DNA of 64,000 nucleotides from Eledone cirrhosa (lineage: Eukaryota). Each line of letters starts with the position of its first letter. The stretch's first letter is position 1. The notes beneath the pieces were generated by a model, which saw nothing but the letters and a program-made list of their open reading frames with translations, had not been told where the DNA came from and searched no databases. Both the position numbers and the translations under genes were made by a program. The stretch spans positions 241,490,001 to 241,554,000 of the forward strand of contig OZ024742.1 in assembly GCA_964016885.1 (NCBI GenBank), given 5' to 3'. This document shows, piece by piece, positions 28,051-43,700 of this stretch.

Positions 28051-30689
28051 CCAAGCTAACAACAAAAATGGACCTTCAAGCCACCAACAGAAATGAAACT
28101 CCCAGCCACCAACAGAAATGGAACTCCAAGCCAATAACAGAAATGGAACTCCAAGCCACCAACAGAAATGGAACACCAAGCCACCAACAGAAATGGAACT
28201 CCAAGCCACCAACAGAAATGGAACTCCAAACCACCAACAGAAATGTAACTCCAAGCCACCAACAGAAATGGAATTCCAAGCCGTTAACAGAAATGGAACT
28301 CCAAGCCACCAACAGAAATGGAACTCCAAGCCACCAACAGAAATGGAACTCCAAGCCACCAACAGAAATGGAACTCCAAGCCACCAACAGAAATGGAACT
28401 CCAAGCCACTAACAGAAATGGAATTCCAAGCGACTAAAAGAAATGGAACTCCAAGCCACCAACAGAAATGAAACTCCAACACACCAACAGAAATGGAAAA
28501 CCAAGCCACTAACAGAAATGGAACTCCAAGTAACCAACAGAAATAGAACTCCAAGCCACTAACAGAAATGGAACTCCAAGCCACCAACAGAAATGGAACT
28601 CCAAACCACCAACAGAAATGTAAATCCAAGCCACCAACAGAAATGGAATTCCAAGACATTAACAGAAATGGAACTCCAAGCCACCAACAGAAATGGAACT
28701 CCAAGCAACCAACAGAAATGGAACTCCAAGCCACCAACAGAAATGAAACTCCAACCCACCAACAGAAATGGAAAACCAAGCCACTAACAGAAATGGAACT
28801 CCCAGTAACCAACAGAAATGGAACTCCAAGCCACTAACAGAAATGGAACTCCAAGCCACCAACAGAAATGGAACTCCAAACCACCAACATAAATGTAACT
28901 CCAAGCCACTAACAGAAATGGAATTCCAAGCGACTAAAAGAAATGGAACTCCAAGCCACCAACAGAAATGGAACTCCAAGCTAACAACAAAAATGGACCT
29001 CCAAGCCACCAACAGAAATGAAACTCCAAGCCACCAACAGAAATGGAACTCCAAGCCACCAACAGAAATAAAACTCCAAGCCAATAACAGAAATGGAACT
29101 CTAAGCCTCCTACAGAAATGGAACTGCAAGCCACTAACATAAATGGAACTCCAAGCCACTAACAGAAATGGAACTCCAAGCCACCAACAGAAATGGAACT
29201 CCAAGCCACCAACAGAAATGGAACTCCAAGCCACCAACAGAAATGGAACTCCAAACCACCAACAGAAATGTAACTCCAAGCCACTAACAGAAATGGAACA
29301 CCAAGCCACCAACAGAAATGGAACACCAAGCCACCAACAGAAATGGAACTCCAAGCCACCAACAGAAATGGAACTCCAAACCACCAACAGAAATGTAACT
29401 CCAAGCCAATAACAGAAATGGAACTCCAAGCCACTAACAGAAATGGAACTCCAAGCGACTAAAAGAAATGGAACTCCAAGCCACCAACAGAAATGGAACA
29501 CCAAGCCACTAACAGAAATGGAACTCCAAGTAACCAACAGAAATGGAAATCCAAGCCACTAACAGAAATGGAACTCCAAGCCACCAACAGAAATGGAACT
29601 CCAAGCAACCAACAGAAATAGAACTCCAAGCCACCAACAGAAATGGAACTCCAAGCCACCAACAGAAATGGAACTCCAAGCCACCAACAGAAATGGAACT
29701 CCAAGCCACCAACAGAAATGGAACTCCAAGCCACCAACAGAAATGGAACTCCAAGCCACCAACAGAAATGGAACTCCAAGCCACCAACAGAAATAAAACT
29801 CCAAGCTAACAACAAAAATGGACCTTCAAGCCACCAACAGAAATGAAACTCCCAGCCACCAACAGAAATGGAACTCCAAGCCAATAACAGAAATGGAACT
29901 CCAAGCCACCAACAGAAATGGAACACCAAGCCACCAACAGAAATGGAACTCCAAGCCACCAACAGAAATGGAACTCCAAACCACCAACAGAAATGTAACT
30001 CCAAGCCACCAACAGAAATGGAATTCCAAGCCATTAACAGAAATGGAACTCCAAGCCACCAACAGAAATGGAACTCCAAGCCACCAACAGAAATGGAACT
30101 CCAAGCCACCAACAGAAATGGAACTCCAAGCCACCAACAGAAATGGAACTCCAAGCCACTAACAGAAATGGAATTCCAAGCGACTAAAAGAAATGGAACT
30201 CCAAGCCACCAACAGAAATGAAACTCCAACCCACCAACAGAAATGGAAAACCAAGCCACTAACAGAAATGGAACTCCAAGCCACCAACAGAAATAGAACT
30301 CCAAGCCACCAACAGAAATGGAACTCCAAGCCACCAACAGAAATGGAACTCCAAGCCACCAACAGAAATAGAACTCCAAGCCACCAACAGAAATGGAACT
30401 CCAAGCTAACAACAAAAATGGACCTCCAAGCCACCAACAGAAATGAAACTCCAAGCCACCAACAGAAATGGAACTCCAAACCACCAACAGAAATGTAACT
30501 CCAAGCCACTAACAGAAATGGAACTCCAAGTAACCAACAGAAATAGAACTCCAAGCCACTAACAGAAATGGAACTCCAAGCCACCAACAGAAATGGAACT
30601 CCAAGCAACCAACAGAAAAGGAAATCCAAGCCACCAACAGAAATGGAACTCCAAGCCACCAACAGAAATGGAACTCCAAGCCACTAACA

Positions 30690-33600
30690 GAAATGGAACT
30701 CCATGTTACCAACAGAAATGGAACTCCAAGCCACCAACAGAAATGGAACTCCAAGCCACCAACAGAAATAGAACTCCAAGCCACCAACAGAAATGGAACT
30801 CCAAGCTAACAACAAAAATGGACCTCCAAGCCACCAACAGAAATGAAACTCCAAGCCACCAACAGAAATGGAACTCCAAGCCACCAACAGAAATAGAACT
30901 CCAAGCCACCAACAGAAATGGAACTCCAAGCCACCAACAGAAATGGAACTCCAAGCCACCAACAGAAATGGAACTCCAAGCCACCAACAGAAATGGAACT
31001 CCAAGCTAACAACAAAAATGGACCTCCAAGCCACCAACAGAAATGAAACTCCAAGCCACCAACAGAAATGGAACTCCAAACCACCAACAGAAATGTAACT
31101 CCAAGCCAATAACAGAAATGGAACTCCAAGCGACTAACAGAAATGGAACTCCAAGCGACTAAAAGAAATGGAACTCCAAGCCACCAACAGAAATGGAACA
31201 CCAAGCCACTAACAGAAATGGAACTCCAAGAAACCAACAGAAATGGAAATCCAAGCCACTAACAGAAATGGAACTCCAAGCCACCAACAGAAATGGAACT
31301 CCAAGCAACCAACAGAAATGGAACTCCAAGCCACCAACAGAAATGGAACTCCAAGCCACCAACAGAAATGGAACTCCAAGCCACCAACAGAAATGGAACT
31401 CCAAGCCACCAACAGAAATGGAACTCCAAGCCACCAACAGAAATGGAACTCCAAGCCACCAACAGAAATAGAACTCCAAGCCACCAACAGAAATGGAACT
31501 CCAAGCCACCAACAGAAATGGAACTCCAAGCCACCAACAGAAATAGAACTCCAAGCCACCAACAGAAATGGAACTCCAAGCTAACAACAAAAATGGACCT
31601 CCAAGCAACCAACAGAAATGAAACTCCAAGCCACCAACAGAAATGGAACTCCAAACCACCAACAGAAATGGAACTCCAAGCCACCAACAGAAATGGAACT
31701 CCAAGCCACCAACAGAAATGGAACTCCAAGCCACCAACAGAAATGGAACTCCAAGCCACTAACAGAAATGGAAAACCAAGCCACTAACGGAAATGGAACT
31801 CCAAGTAACCAACAGAAATAGAACTCCAAGCCACTAACAGAAATGGAACTCCAAGCCACCAACAGAAATGGAACTCCAAGCCACCAACAGAAAAGGAAAT
31901 CCAAGCCACCAACAGAAATGGAACTCCAAGCCACCAACAGAAATGGAACTCCAAGACACTAACAGAAATGGAACTCCAAGCCACCAAAAGAAATGGAACG
32001 CCAAGCCACCAACAGAAATGGAACTCCAAGCCACCAACAGAAATAGAACTCCAAGCCACTAAAAGAAATGGAACTCCATGTTACCAACAGAAATGGAACT
32101 CCAAGCCACCAACAGAAATGGAACTCCAAGCCACCAACAGAAATAGACTCCAAGCCACCAACAGAAATGGAACTCCAAGCCACCAACAGAAATGGAACTC
32201 CAAGCCACCAACAGAAATAGAACTCCAAGCCACCAACAGAAATGGAACTCCAAGCTAACAACAAAAATGGACCTCCAAGCCACCAACAGAAATGAAACTC
32301 CAAGCCACCAACAGAAATGGAACTCCAAACCACCAACAGAAATGTAACTCCAAGCCAATAACAGAAATGGAACTCCAAGCCACTAACAGAAATGGAACTC
32401 CAAGCGACTAAAAGAAATGGAACTCCAAGCCACCAACAGAAATGGAACACCAAGCCACTAACAGAAATGGAACTCCAAGTAACCAACAGAAATGGAAATC
32501 CAAGCCACTAACAGAAATGGAACTCCAAGCCACCAACAGAAATGGAACTCCAAGCAACCAACAGAAATGGAACTCCAAGCCACCAACAGAAATGGAACTC
32601 CAAGCCACCAACAGAAATGGAACTCCAAGCCACCAACAGAAATGGAACTCCAAGCCACCAACAGAAATGGAACTCCAAGCCACCAACAGAAATGGAACTC
32701 CAAGCCACCAACAGAAATAAAACTCCAAGCTAACAACAAAAATGGACCTTCAAGCCACCAACAGAAATGAAACTACCAGCCACCAACAGAAATGGAACTC
32801 CAAGCCAATAACAGAAATGGAACTCCAAGCCACCAACAGAAATGGAACACCAAACCACCAACAGAAATGGAACTCCAAGCCACCAACAGAAATGGAACTC
32901 CAAGCCACCAACAGAAATGGAACTCCAAGCCACCAACAGAAATGGAACTCCAAGCCACCAACAGAAATGGAACTCCAAGCCACCAACAGAAATAAAACTC
33001 CAAGCTAACAACAAAAATGGACCTTCAAGCCACCAACAGAAATGAAACTCCCAGCCACCAACAGAAATGGAACTCCAAGCCAATAACAGAAATGGAACTC
33101 CAAGCCACCAACAGAAATGGAACACCAAGCCACCAACAGAAATGGAACTCCAAGCCACCAACAGAAATGGAACTCCAAACCACCAACAGAAATGTAACTC
33201 CAAGCCACCAACAGAAATGGAATTCCAAGCCATTAACAGAAATGGAACTCCAAGCCACCAACAGAAATGGAACTCCAACCCACCAACAGAAATGGAAAAC
33301 CAAGCCACTAACAGAAATGGAACTCCAAGTAACCAACAGAAATAGAACTCCAAGCCACTAACAGAAATGGAATTCCAAGCGACTAAAAGAAATGGAACTC
33401 CAAGCCACCAACAGAAATGAAACTCCAACCCACCAACAGAAATGGAAAACCAAGCCACTAACAGAAATGGAACTCCAAGTAACCAACAGAAATAGAACTC
33501 CAAGCCACTAACAGAAATGGAACTCCAAGCCACCAACAGAAATGGAACTCCAAGCAACCAACAGAAAAGGAAATCCAAGCCACCAACAGAAATGGAACTC

Positions 33601-36600
33601 CAAGCCACCAACAGAAATGGAACTCCAAGACACTAACAGAAATGGAACTCCAAGCCACCAAAAGAAATGGAACGCCAAGCCACCAACAGAAATGGAACTC
33701 CAAGCCACCAACAGAAATGGAACTCCAAGCCACCAACAGAAATAGAACTCCAAGCCACCAACAGAAATGGAACTCCAAGCTAACAACAAAAATGGACCTC
33801 CAAGCCACCAACAGAAATGAAACTCCAAGCCACCAACAGAAATGGAACTCCAAACCACCAACAGAAATGTAACTCCAAGCCAATAACAGAAATGGAACTC
33901 CAAGCCACTAACAGAAATGGAACTCCAAGCGACTAAAAGAAATGGAACTCCAAGCCACCAACAGAAATGGAACACCAAGCCACTAACAGAAATGGAACTC
34001 CAAGTAACCAACAGAAATGGAAATCCAAGCCACTAACAGAAATGGAACTCCAAGCCACCAACAGAAATGGAACTCCAAGCAACCAACAGAAATGGAACTC
34101 CAAGCCACCAACAGAAATGGAACTCCAAGCCACCAACAGAAATGGAACTCCAAGCCACCAACAGAAATGGAACTCCAAGCCACCAACAGAAATGGAACTC
34201 CATGTTACCAACAGAAATGGAACTCCAAGCCACCAACAGAAATGGAACTCCAAGCCACCAACAGAAATAGAACTCCAAGCCACCAACAGAAATGGAACTC
34301 CAAGCTAACAACAAAAATGGACCTCCAAGCCACCAACAGAAATGAAACTCCAAGCCACCAACAGAAATGGAACTCCAAGCCACCAACAGAAATAGAACTC
34401 CAAGCCACCAACAGAAATGGAACTCCAAGCCACCAACAGAAATGGAACTCCAAGCCACCAACAGAAATAGAACTCCAAGCCACCAACAGAAATGGAACTC
34501 CAAGCTAACAACAAAAATGGACCTCCAAGCCACCAACAGAAATGAAACTCCAAGCCACCAACAGAAATGGAACTCCAAACCACCAACAGAAATGTAACTC
34601 CAAGCCAATAACAGAAATGGAACTCCAAGCGACTAACAGAAATGGAACTCCAAGCGACTAAAAGAAATGGAACTCCAAGCCACCAACAGAAATGGAACAC
34701 CAAGCCACTAACAGAAATGGAACTCCAAGAAACCAACAGAAATGGAAATCCAAGCCACTAACAGAAATGGAACTCCAAGCCACCAACAGAAATGGAACTC
34801 CAAGCAACCAACAGAAATGGAACTCCAAGCCACCAACAGAAATGGAACTCCAAGCCACCAACAGAAATGGAACTCCAAGCCACCAACAGAAATGGAACTC
34901 CAAGCCACCAACAGAAATGGAACTCCAAGCCACCAACAGAAATGGAACTCCAAGCCACCAACAGAAATAGAACTCCAAGCCACCAACAGAAATGGAACTC
35001 CAAGCCACCAACAGAAATGGAACTCCAAGCCACCAACAGAAATAGAACTCCAAGCCACCAACAGAAATGGAACTCCAAGCTAACAACAAAAATGGACCTC
35101 CAAGCAACCAACAGAAATGAAACTCCAAGCCACCAACAGAAATGGAACTCCAAACCACCAACAGAAATGGAACTCCAAGCCACCAACAGAAATGGAACTC
35201 CAAGCCACCAACAGAAATGGAACTCCAAGCCACCAACAGAAATGGAACTCCAAGCCACTAACAGAAATGGAAAACCAAGCCACTAACGGAAATGGAACTC
35301 CAAGTAACCAACAGAAATAGAACTCCAAGCCACTAACAGAAATGGAACTCCAAGCCACCAACAGAAATGGAACTCCAAGCCACCAACAGAAAAGGAAATC
35401 CAAGCCACCAACAGAAATGGAACTCCAAGCCACCAACAGAAATGGAACTCCAAGACACTAACAGAAATGGAACTCCAAGCCACCAAAAGAAATGGAACGC
35501 CAAGCCACCAACAGAAATGGAACTCCAAGCCACCAACAGAAATAGAACTCCAAGCCACTAAAAGAAATGGAACTCCATGTTACCAACAGAAATGGAACTC
35601 CAAGCCAGCAACAGAAATGGAACTCCAAGCCACCAACAGAAATAGAACTCCAAGCCACCAACAGAAATGGAACTCCAAGCCACCAACAGAAATGGAACTC
35701 CAAGCCACCAACAGAAATAGAACTCCAAGCCACCAACAGAAATGGAACTCCAAGCTAACAACAAAAATGGACCTCCAAGCCACCAACAGAAATGAAACTC
35801 CAAGCCACCAACAGAAATGGAACTCCAAACCACCAACAGAAATGTAACTCCAAGCCAATAACAGAAATGGAACTCCAAGCCACTAACAGAAATGGAACTC
35901 CAAGCGACTAAAAGAAATGGAACTCCAAGCCACCAACAGAAATGGAACACCAAGCCACTAACAGAAATGGAACTCCAAGTAACCAACAGAAATGGAAATC
36001 CAAGCCACTAACAGAAATGGAACTCCAAGCCACCAACAGAAATGGAACTCCAAGCAACCAACAGAAATGGAACTCCAAGCCACCAACAGAAATGGAACTC
36101 CAAGCCACCAACAGAAATGGAACTCCAAGCCACCAACAGAAATGGAACTCCAAGCCACCAACAGAAATGGAACTCCAAGCCACCAACAGAAATGGAACTC
36201 CAAGCCACCAACAGAAATAAAACTCCAAGCTAACAACAAAAATGGACCTTCAAGCCACCAACAGAAATGAAACTACCAGCCACCAACAGAAATGGAACTC
36301 CAAGCCAATAACAGAAATGGAACTCCAAGCCACCAACAGAAATGGAACACCAAACCACCAACAGAAATGGAACTCCAAGCCACCAACAGAAATGGAACTC
36401 CAAGCCACCAACAGAAATGGAACTCCAAGCCACCAACAGAAATGGAACTCCAAGCCACCAACAGAAATGGAACTCCAAGCCACCAACAGAAATAAAACTC
36501 CAAGCTAACAACAAAAATGGACCTTCAAGCCACCAACAGAAATGAAACTCCCAGCCACCAACAGAAATGGAACTCCAAGCCAATAACAGAAATGGAACTC

Positions 36601-37750
36601 CAAGCCACCAACAGAAATGGAACACCAAGCCACCAACAGAAATGGAACTCCAAGCCACCAACAGAAATGGAACTCCAAACCACCAACAGAAATGTAACTC
36701 CAAGCCACCAACAGAAATGGAATTCCAAGCCATTAACAGAAATGGAACTCCAAGCCACCAACAGAAATGGAACTCCAACCCACCAACAGAAATGGAAAAC
36801 CAAGCCACTAACAGAAATGGAACTCCAAGTAACCAACAGAAATAGAACTCCAAGCCACTAACAGAAATGGAATTCCAAGCGACAAAAAGAAATGGAACTC
36901 CAAGCCACCAACAGAAATGAAACTCCAACCCACCAACAGAAATGGAAAACCAAGCCACTAACAGAAATGGAACTCCAAGTAACCAACAGAAATAGAACTC
37001 CAAGCCACTAACAGAAATGGAACTCCAAGCCACCAACAGAAATGGAACTCCAAGCAACCAACAGAAAAGGAAATCCAAGCCACCAACAGAAATGGAACTC
37101 CAAGCCACCAACAGAAATGGAACTCCAAGACACTAACAGAAATGGAACTCCAAGCCACCAAAAGAAATGGAACGCCAAGCCACCAACAGAAATGGAACTC
37201 CAAGCCACCAACAGAAATGGAACTCCAAGCCACTAAAAGAAATGGAACTCCATGTTACCAACAGAAATGGAACTCCAAGCCACCAACAGAAATGGAACTC
37301 CAAGCCACCAACAGAAATAGAACTCCAAGCCACCAACAGAAATGGAACTCCAAGCTAACAACAAAAATGGACCTCCAAGCCACCAACAGAAATGAAACTC
37401 CAAGCCACCAACAGAAATGGAACTCCAAACCACCAACAGAAATGTAACTCCAAGCCAATAACAGAAATGGAACTCCAAGCCACTAACAGAAATGGAACTC
37501 CAAGCGACTAAAAGAAATGGAACTCCAAGCCACCAACAGAAATGGAACACCAAGCCACTAACAGAAATGGAACTCCAAGTAACCAACAGAAATGGAAATC
37601 CAAGCCACTAACAGAAATGGAACTCCAAGCCACCAACAGAAATGGAACTCCAAGCAACCAACAGAAATGGAACTCCAAGCCACCAACAGAAATGGAACTC
37701 CAAGCCACCAACAGAAATGGAACTCCAAGCCACCAACAGAAATGGAACTC
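30690..37750 (+). repeat. Tandem block duplication, about 3,500-bp period (140 monomers), within a distinct variant subfamily
   Basis: ORF pairs 30706/34205 and 31159/34658 (offset 3499), and 32408/35908 and 32730/36230 (offset 3500). Rare variants CCAAGAAACC, CTAACGGAAA and AACTACCAGC occur in both copies. The offset becomes 3575 after ~33730, a 3-monomer indel. Confidence 0.9.
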
Positions 37751-40700
37751 CAAGCCACCAACAGAAATGGAACTCCAAGCCACCAACAGAAATGGAACTC
37801 CAAGCCACCAACAGAAATGGAACTCCAAGCCACCAACAGAAATAAAACTCCAAGCTAACAACAAAAATGGACCTTCAAGCCACCAACAGAAATGAAACTC
37901 CCAGCCATCAACAGAAATGGAACTCCAAGCCAATAACAGAAATGGAACTCCAAGCCACCAACAGAAATGGAACACCAAACCACCAACAGAAATGGAACTC
38001 CAAGCCACCAACAGAAATGGAACTCCAAGCCACCAACAGAAATGGAACTCCAAGCCACCAACAGAAATGGAACTCCAAGCCACCAACAGAAATGGAACTC
38101 CAAGCCACCAACAGAAATAAAACTCCAAGCTAACAACAAAAATGGACCTTCAAGCCACCAACAGAAATGAAACTCCCAGCCACCAACAGAAATGGAACTC
38201 CAAGCCAATAACAGAAATGGAACTCCAAGCCACCAACAGAAATGGAACACCAAGCCACCAACAGAAATGGAACTCCAAGTCACCAACAGAAATGGAACTC
38301 CAAACCACCAACAGAAATGTAACTCCAAGCCACCAACAGAAATGGAATTCCAAGCCATTAACAGAAATGGAACTCCAAGCCACCAACAGAAATGGAACTC
38401 CAAGCCACCAACAGAAATGGAATTCCAAGCCATTAACAGAAATGGAACTCCAAGCCACCAACAGAAATGGAACTCCAAGCCACCAACAGAAATGGAACTC
38501 CAAGCCACCAACAGAAATGAAACTCCAACCCACCAACAGAAATGTAACTCCAAGCCACCAACAGAAATGGAATTCCAAGACATTAACAGAAATGGAACTC
38601 CAAGCCACCAACAGAAATGGAACTCCAAGCCACCAACAGAAATGGAACTCCAAGCCACCAACAGAAATGGAACTCCAAGCCACCAACAGAAATGGAACTC
38701 CAAGCCACCAACAGAAATGGAACTCCAAGCCACCAACAGAAATAAAACTCCAAGCTAACAACAAAAATGGACCTTCAAGCCACCAACAGAAATGAAACTC
38801 CCAGCCACCAACAGAAATGGAACTCCAAGCCAATAACAGAAATGGAACTCCAAGCCACCAACAGAAATGGAACACCAAGCCACCAAAAGAAATGGAACTC
38901 CAAGCCACCAACAGAAATGGAACTCCAAACCACCAACAGAAATGTAACTCCAAGCCACCAACAGATATGGAATTCCAAGCCATTAACAGAAATGGAACTC
39001 CAAGCCACCAACAGAAATGGAACTCCAAGCCACCAACAGAAATGGAACTCCAAGCCACCAACAGAAATGGAACTCCAAGCCACCAACAGAAATGGAACTC
39101 CAAGCCACTAACAGAAATGGAATTCCAAGCGACTAAAAGAAATGGAACTCCAAGCCACCAACAGAAATGAAACTCCAACCCACCAACAGAAATCGAAAAC
39201 CAAGCCACTAACAGAAATGGAACTCCAAGTAACCAACAGAAATGGAACTCCAAGCCACTAACAGAAATGGAACTCCAAGCCACCAACAGAAATGGAACTC
39301 CAAACCACCAACAGAAATGTAACTCCAAGCCACCAACAGAAATGGAATTCCAAGCCATTAACAGAAATGGAACTCCAAGCCACCAACAGAAATGGAACTC
39401 CAAGCCACCAACAGAAATGGAACTCCAAGCCACCAACAGAAATGAAACTCCAACCCACCAACAGAAATGGAAAACCAAGCCACTAACAGAAATGGAACTC
39501 CAAGTAACCAACAGAAATGGAACTCCAAGCCACTAACAGAAATGGAACTCCAAGCCACCAACAGAAATGGAACTCCAAACCACCAACAGAAATGTAACTC
39601 CAAGCCACTAACAGAAATGGAATTCCAAGCGACTAAAAGAAATGGAACTCCAAGCCACCAACAGAAATGGAACTCCAAGCTAACAACAAAAATGGACCTC
39701 CAAGCCACCAACAGAAATGAAACTCCAAGCCACCAACAGAAATGGAACTCCAAGCCACCAACAGAAATAAAACTCCAAGCCAATAACAGAAATGGAACTC
39801 TAAGCCTCCTACAGAAATGGAACTGCAAGCCACTAACATAAATGGAACTCCAAGCCACCAACAGAAATGGAACTCCAAGCCACCAACAGAAATGGAACTC
39901 CAAGCCACCAACAGAAATGGAACTCCAAACCACCAACAGAAATGTAACTCCAAGACACTAACAGAAATGGAACACCAAGCCACCAACAGAAATGGAATAC
40001 CAAGCCACCAACAGAAATGGAACTCCAAGCCACCAACAGAAATGGAACTCCAAACCACCAACAGAAATGTAACTCGAAGCCAATAACAGAAATGGAACTC
40101 CAAGACACTAACAGAAATGGAACTCCAAGCGACTAAAAGAAATGGAACTCCAAGCCACCAACAGAAATGGAACACCAAGCCACTAACAGAAATGGAACTC
40201 CAAGTAACCAACAGAAATGGAAATCCAAGCCACTAACAGAAATGGAACTCCAAGCCACCAACAGAAATGGAACTCCAAGCAACCAACAGAATTGGAACTC
40301 CAAGCCACCAACAGAAATGGAACTCCAAGCCACCAACAGAAATGGAACTCCAAGCCACCAACAGAAATGGAACTCCAAGCCACCAACAGAAATGGAACTC
40401 CAAGCCATCAACAGAAATGGAACTCCAAGCCACCAACAGAAATGGAACTCCAAGCCACCAACAGAAATAAAACTCCAAGCTAACAACAAAAATGGACCTT
40501 CAAGCCACCAACAGAAATGAAACTCCCAGGCACCAACAGAAATGGAACTCCAAGCCAATAACAGAAATGGAACTCCAAGCCACCAACAGAAATGGAACAC
40601 CAAGCCACCAACAGAAATGGAACTCCAAGCCACCAACAGAAATGGAACTCCAAACCACCAACAGAAATGTAACTCCAAGCCACCAACAGAAATGGAATTC

Positions 40701-43700
40701 CAAGCCATTAACAGAAATGGAACTCCAAGCCACCAACAGAAATGGAACTCCAAGCCACCAACAGAAATGGAACTCCAAGCCACCAACAGAAATGGAACTC
40801 CAAGCCACCAACAGAAATGGAACTCCAAGCCACTAACAGAAATGGAATTCCAAGCGACTAAAAGAAATGGAACTCCAAGCCACCAACAGAAATGAAACTC
40901 CAACCCACCAACAGAAATGGAAAACCAAGCCACTAACAGAAATGGAACTCCAAGTAACCAACAGAAATAGAACTCCAAGCCACTAACAGAAATGGAACTC
41001 CAAGCCACCAACAGAAATGGAACTCCAAACCACCAACAGAAATGTAACTCCAAGCCACCAACAGAAATGGAATTCCAAGCCATTAACAGAAATGGAACTC
41101 CAAGCCACCAACAGAAATGGAACTCCAAGCAACCAACAGAAATGGAACTCCAAGCCACCAACAGAAATGAAACTCCAACCCACCAACAGAAATGGAAAAC
41201 CAAGCCACTAACAGAAATGGAACTCCCAGTAACCAACAGAAATGGAACTCCAAGCCACTAACAGAAATGGAACTCCAAGCCACCAACAGAAATGGAACTC
41301 CAAACCACCAACAGAAATGGAACTCCAAGCCACCAACAGAAATGGAACTCCAAACCACCAACAGAAATGTAACTCCAAGCCAATAACAGAAATGGAACTC
41401 CAAGCCACTAACAGAAATGGAACTCCAAGCGACTAAAAGAAATGGAACTCCAAGCCACCAACAGAAATGGAACACCAAGCCACTAACAGAAATGGAACTC
41501 CAAGTAACCAACAGAAATGGAAATCCAAGCCACTAACAGAAATGGAACTCCAAGCCACCAACAGAAATGGAACTCCAAGCAACCAACAGAAATGGAACTC
41601 CAAGCCACCAACAGAAATGGAACTCCAAGCCACCAACAGAAATGGAACTCCAAGCCACCAACAGAAATGGAACTCCAAGCCACCAACAGAAATGGAAATC
41701 CAAGCCACCAACAGAAATGGAACTCCAAGCCACCAACAGAAATGGAACTCCAAGCCACCAACAGAAATAAAACTCCAAGCTAACAACAAAAATGGACCTT
41801 CAAGCCACCAACAGAAATGAAACTCCCAGCCACCAACAGAAATGGAACTCCAAGCCAATAACAGAAATGGAACTCCAAGCCACCAACAGAAATGGAACAC
41901 CAAACCACCAACAGAAATGGAACTCCAAGCCACCAACAGAAATGGAACTCCAAGCCACCAACAGAAATGGAACTCCAAGCCACCAACAGAAATGGAACTC
42001 CAAGCCACCAACAGAAATGGAACTCCAAGCCACCAACAGAAATAAAACTCCAAGCTAACAACAAAAATGGACCTTCAAGCCACCAACAGAAATGAAACTC
42101 CCAGCCACCAACAGAAATGGAACTCCAAGCCAATAACAGAAATGGAACTCCAAGCCACCAACAGAAATGGAACACCAAGCCACCAACAGAAATGGAACTC
42201 CAAGCCACCAACAGAAATGGAACTCCAAACCACCAACAGAAATGGAACTCCAAGCCACCAACAGAAATGGAATTCCAAGCCATTAACAGAAATGGAACTC
42301 CAAGCCACCAACAGAAATGGAACTCCAAGCCACCAACAGAAATGGAATTCCAAGCCATTAACAGAAATGGAACTCCAAGCCACCAACAGAAATGGAACTC
42401 CAAGCCACCAACAGAAATGGAACTCCAAGCCACCAACAGAAATGAAACTCCAACCCACCAACAGAAATGTAACTCCAAGCCACCAACAGAAATGGAATTC
42501 CAAGCCATTAACAGAAATGGAACTCCAAGCCACCAACAGAAATGGAACTCCAAACCACCAACAGAAATGGAACTCCAAGCCACCAACAGAAATGGAACTC
42601 CAAGCCACCAACAGAAATGGAACTCCAAGCCACCAACAGAAATGGAACTCCAAGCCACCAACAGAAATAAAACTCCAAGCTAACAACAAAAATGGACCTT
42701 CAAGCCACCAACAGAAATGAAACTCCCAGCCACCAACAGAAAAGGAACTCCAAGCCAATAACAGAAATGGAACTCCAAGCCACCAACAGAAATGGAACAC
42801 CAAGCCACCAACAGAAATGGAACTCCAAGCCACCAACAGAAATGGAACTCCAAACCACCAACAGAAATGTAACTCCAAGCCACCAACAGAAATGGAATTC
42901 CAAGCCATTAACAGAAATGGAACTCCAAGCCACCAACAGAAATGGAACTCCAAGCCACCAACAGAAATGGAACTCCAAGCCACCAACAGAAATGGAACTC
43001 CAAGCCACCAACAGAAATGGAACTCCAAGCCACTAACAGAAATGGAATTCCAAGCGACTAAAAGAAATGGAACTCCAAGCCACCAACAGAAATGAAACTC
43101 CAACCCACCAACAGAAATGGAAAACCAAGCCACTAACAGAAATGGAACTCCAAGTAACCAACAGAAATGGAACTCCAAGCCACTAACAGAAATGGAACTC
43201 CAAGCCACCAACAGAAATGGAACTCCAAACCACCAACAGAAATGTAACTCCAAGCCACCAACAGAAATGGAATTCCAAGCCATTAACAGAAATGGAACTC
43301 CAAGCCACCAACAGAAATGGAACTCCAAGCCACCAACAGAAATGGAACTCCAAGCCACCAACAGAAATGAAACTCCAACCCACCAACAGAAATGGAAAAC
43401 CAAGCCACTAACAGAAATGGAACTCCAAGTAACCAACAGAAATGGAACTCCAAGCCACTAACAGAAATGGAACTCCAAGCCACCAACAGAAATGGAACTC
43501 CAAACCACCAACAGAAATGTAACTCCAAGCCACTAACAGAAATGGAATTCCAAGCGACTAAAAGAAATGGAACTCCAAGCCACCAACAGAAATGGAACTC
43601 CAAGCTAACAACAAAAATGGACCTCCAAGCCACCAACAGAAATGAAACTCCAAGCCACCAACAGAAATGGAACTCCAAGCCACCAACAGAAATAAAACTC

